Shown: positions 61,227 through 64,000 of the stretch, piece by piece
Position numbering within the stretch: position 1 is the stretch's first letter
Layout: every line of letters begins with the position of its first letter
DNA from: Candidatus Falkowbacteria bacterium
GTDB lineage: Bacteria > Patescibacteriota > Patescibacteriia > UBA11705 > JABHMO01
Assembly (NCBI GenBank): GCA_018674305.1
Contig: JABHAL010000004.1
Coordinates: forward strand, 446 to 64,445
Length of the DNA stretch: 64,000 bases
Direction of reading: 5' to 3'
The notes under the pieces: generated by a model
What the model saw: only the letters and a program-made list of their open reading frames with translations
Told to the model about the DNA's origin: nothing
Database searches by the model: none
Made by a program: the position numbers and the translations under genes

Positions 61227-61868
61227 TTATCGAACAACTACCACTTCAGCGGCTTCCAACTCCTGGATAATTTGTTCATCGTTCTCAGGAAATACTGAAG
61301 CGCAATATTCCTTAAGTACTCTTACTTCTGCCTCAGGAAATTCCATCTTAGCATCTTTCGCAGAGTCTTTCACACAAACATCAAAGGCCAAACAAACAAC
61401 ATCAATGCCTTCGAAATCATATGCAGAAAGACTTTCCGCGAGACCGGTCGTAATCCGTTCACCATTTTCATTAACTCCCGAGAAAAACGCGGAATGGCTA
61501 GCAACATCCGGATCCATTCCCTTCCGAACGATAAGAGCAACTTTACTCATATCAAGTAAGGGATGAATCATTGCACCGGACGAATTCTGCTTGCAATGGT
61601 CAAAAAAGACCATCTGCTCAACTCCGTTCCTTTTAACCATTGCGAACGGAGCAACACCATGTCTCGAAGCAAATTCGTAATGTCCTTCCGGATGCCAATC
61701 CTGGGTAACGATAATCAAATCGTATTCACCAGTGGCCATCAACGCATTGATCATCTTCATTAAAGCTGAGCCACCCGTAACAGCCAGGGCTCCACTTTCC
61801 ATGAAATCAAGCTGGGGATCAACAATTATCAGGATTCTGCCGATCTTAATCTTGCGAATAGTTTTCAT
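61227..61868 (-). CDS. pncA: Nicotinamidase
   Basis: IVDPQLDF...LAVTGG...TQDWHP pattern. Confidence 0.75.
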   Translation of the reverse strand: MKTIRKIKIGRILIIVDPQLDFMESGALAVTGGSALMKMINALMATGEYDLIIVTQDWHPEGHYEFASRHGVAPFAMVKRNGVEQMVFFDHCKQNSSGAMIHPLLDMSKVALIVRKGMDPDVASHSAFFSGVNENGERITTGLAESLSAYDFEGIDVVCLAFDVCVKDSAKDAKMEFPEAEVRVLKEYCASVFPENDEQIIQELEAAEVVVVR

Positions 61869-62117
61869 CTTTCACCTCTTAAATTGGTTGTAAAATAACT
61901 CAATATAGTATCACACCTACTGCTCATTGTCAAGGTCTAAATCCTCATCTTCTTTATCTATCATCAAACGCATGGCCAACTTGTAATGTTCATCTTTTAG
62001 GTCGTCTAAATTATCACGAATTTTCTTTTTATCCATATAATTGATTACTGAATTGTACTGATCTACTGAACATTTAGTATATCAGTAATTATCAGCACTC
62101 ACTTCACTTTCACAGGT

Positions 62118-62146
62118 ATTATAGTGTATTTATTACACTCTGTCAA
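62118..62146 (-). promoter_or_regulatory. Minus-strand consensus promoter TTGACA-17-TATAAT for pncA with GTGTA-N5-TACAC in the spacer
   Basis: Reverse complement: cttgacagagtgtaataaatacactataat. Confidence 0.65.
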
Positions 62147-62279
62147 GTGTTTTTAGGTGTTTTGTCGTAAAATTAGTCAAAACCATAAAAAAACATCCAC
62201 CCTATTCTAGCATATATATGTATATTTATATTCCCAGTCTTTGCCAAAAGCTATTCTATTGCTATGATTAAGTAAATGT

Positions 62280-64000
62280 ATGAAATTCAATCTCCACGCC
62301 AAATTCAAACCAGCCGGTGATCAACCACAGGCGATCGAAAAACTTGTTCAGGGCATCAAGTCTGATTTTGATAAACAGACACTACTTGGTGTAACTGGGT
62401 CTGGTAAAACTTTTACCATTGCCAACGTAATTAAAAAAACTCAATTACCTACTCTTATAATTGCTCACAATAAAACTCTAGCCGCTCAACTATGTAGTGA
62501 GTTTCGTCAGTTCTTTCCAGACAACGCAGTGGAATATTTTGTCAGCTATTATGATTATTATCAACCAGAAGCTTATCTACCGTCATCTGATACTTACATA
62601 GAAAAAGAAGCCCAAATTAATGAAGAGATTGAACGACTTCGTCACGCCTGCACGCAATCACTCTTAACTCGCAAAGATGTAATTATTGTTGCTTCAGTTT
62701 CTGCCATCTATGGTTTAGGCTCACCAGAAGAATATAAAAAAATAACCTTGCACTTAACCAAGAATCAAAAACTAGATAGGCGTGAAATGCTGGAACAACT
62801 GATTGACATGCAATTTACTAGAACAAATTCTGATTTGAAACGCGGCACTTTCAGAATGCGTGGGCAAATATTTGAGATCATGCCGATTAACGAAAATATT
62901 ATCTTTCGCTTTGAAATTTCTGATAAAATCGACCTAATTGAATCACTCGATCCGATTACCCGAAAAGTTAAACGCGAACTACCAGGTATCTGGCTTTTCC
63001 CAGCCGTGCATTATGTAATTAATGAAGACATTAAACAAAAAGCTTTTCAAACAATTCGCGCTGAACTAAAAGAACAGCTTGCTATATTCAAAAAACAAAA
63101 AAAATTATTGGAATATGAGAGATTGAAACGTCGAGTAAAATATGATTTAGAGATGATCAAAAATGTTGGTTACTGCAGTGGAATTGAAAATTACTCTCGG
63201 CATTTTGATAATAGAAAACCTGGAGAAGCGCCATTTAACCTAATGGATTATTTCAAAGCTAACAATAAAAAGTTTCTAACTGTAATTGACGAGTCTCATG
63301 TTGCGCTACCTCAAATCCGGGCCATGTATAACGGTGATCAGGCACGTAAAAGTACTTTAGTTGAACACGGGTTTAGACTACCCAGCGCCAAAGACAACCG
63401 ACCACTTAAGTTCGAGGAATTTGAAAGAAAAAACGATTCAACAATATACACCTCCGCCACTCCAACAGAATTTGAAACAAAAAGCTCGAATAAAGTCGTT
63501 GAACAGATCGTTCGCCCAACCGGCCTAATTGATCCAGAAGTTGACATCAGACCAATCTCTGGTAAGGAGCAAGAATCAAGGAGCAAGGAGCAAGGAAAAA
63601 TTAAAAAGGGAAAATTAAAAAATAAAACACACACAAAAACTCAGATTGAAGATTTAATATTAGAAATAGAAAAACAGATCAAGCTAAAAGAGAGAACGCT
63701 AGTTACGACATTAACAAAGAAAATGGCTGAAGACCTAGCTGAGTATCTGAAGAAAAAGAAAATACAAGTTTCATATCTACACAGTGATATCGACACCCTA
63801 GAAAGAATTCAAATCATCACAGATCTTAGGAACGGTAAAATTGATGTTTTAATCGGAGTAAATTTACTTCGTGAAGGACTGGACATCCCAGAAGTTTCAC
63901 TGGTTGCTATTCTTGATGCTGACAAAGAAGGGTTTTTAAGAAACGACACCAGCTTAATTCAAACCATTGGCCGAGCAGCTAGAAATGTAAACGGTAGAGT
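62280..64000 (+). CDS. uvrB: Excinuclease ABC subunit B (partial, runs off the window end)
   Basis: [22 protein letters not shown]...[10 protein letters not shown]. Contains a low-complexity insertion ([22 protein letters not shown]). Confidence 0.85.
   Translation, partial: MKFNLHAKFKPAGDQPQAIEKLVQGIKSDFDKQTLLGVTGSGKTFTIANVIKKTQLPTLIIAHNKTLAAQLCSEFRQFFPDNAVEYFVSYYDYYQPEAYLPSSDTYIEKEAQINEEIERLRHACTQSLLTRKDVIIVASVSAIYGLGSPEEYKKITLHLTKNQKLDRREMLEQLIDMQFTRTNSDLKRGTFRMRGQIFEIMPINENIIFRFEISDKIDLIESLDPITRKVKRELPGIWLFPAVHYVINEDIKQKAFQTIRAELKEQLAIFKKQKKLLEYERLKRRVKYDLEMIKNVGYCSGIENYSRHFDNRKPGEAPFNLMDYFKANNKKFLTVIDESHVALPQIRAMYNGDQARKSTLVEHGFRLPSAKDNRPLKFEEFERKNDSTIYTSATPTEFETKSSNKVVEQIVRPTGLIDPEVDIRPISGKEQESRSKEQGKIKKGKLKNKTHTKTQIEDLILEIEKQIKLKERTLVTTLTKKMAEDLAEYLKKKKIQVSYLHSDIDTLERIQIITDLRNGKIDVLIGVNLLREGLDIPEVSLVAILDADKEGFLRNDTSLIQTIGRAARNVNGR

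Noticed and set aside
63338-63634. 98-aa minus-strand ORF
   Set aside because: Antisense inside uvrB.

Overview
This is an AT-rich bacterial chromosome segment, roughly 33% GC by eye over most of its length. Genes are short, tightly packed and mostly on the minus strand. Gene content is compatible with a small-genome, possibly CPR/Patescibacteria-like organism, though that placement is inference. The relevant content is ComEC, a FemAB-family peptidoglycan bridge-forming enzyme, LtaS-like and M20 cell-wall genes, a nearly complete NAD salvage set (nadK, pncB, pncA, nadE, nadD), and large secreted LRR/Cys-rich proteins. Housekeeping genes include greA, ruvA, ileS and a partial uvrB. There is a 23S-5S rRNA operon on the minus strand with no 16S or tRNA attached, plus tRNA-Ala(UGC) and tRNA-Leu(UAG).

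Five things stand out.
1. A tandem pair of paralogous secreted surface proteins (958-5310) share a conserved N-terminal module but carry different C-terminal modules, one Cys-rich and one LRR.
2. A compositionally foreign GC-rich island (~25250-28200) carries four copies of a ~65-bp promoter-like module. Each copy is followed by a different palindrome, and the island includes a ~0.7-kb ORF-poor core that is very GC-rich.
3. A translationally coupled pair of paralogous Zn-ribbon proteins of unknown function lies at 33424-35653.
4. An elevated-GC block (~47.5-62 kb) combines NAD salvage genes with two nucleoside 2-deoxyribosyltransferase-like proteins, an ADP-ribosylglycohydrolase, a vWA protein, an atypical protein kinase and a PP2C phosphatase. 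This resembles a TerY-P-type signalling triad. The block is driven by consensus sigma70 promoters that share a GTGTA-N5-TACAC operator.
5. An extremely basic KAAPKKR-repeat histone-like protein sits immediately downstream of an ATP-grasp ligase and a membrane-anchored methyltransferase.

No CRISPR array, transposase or integrase was found.
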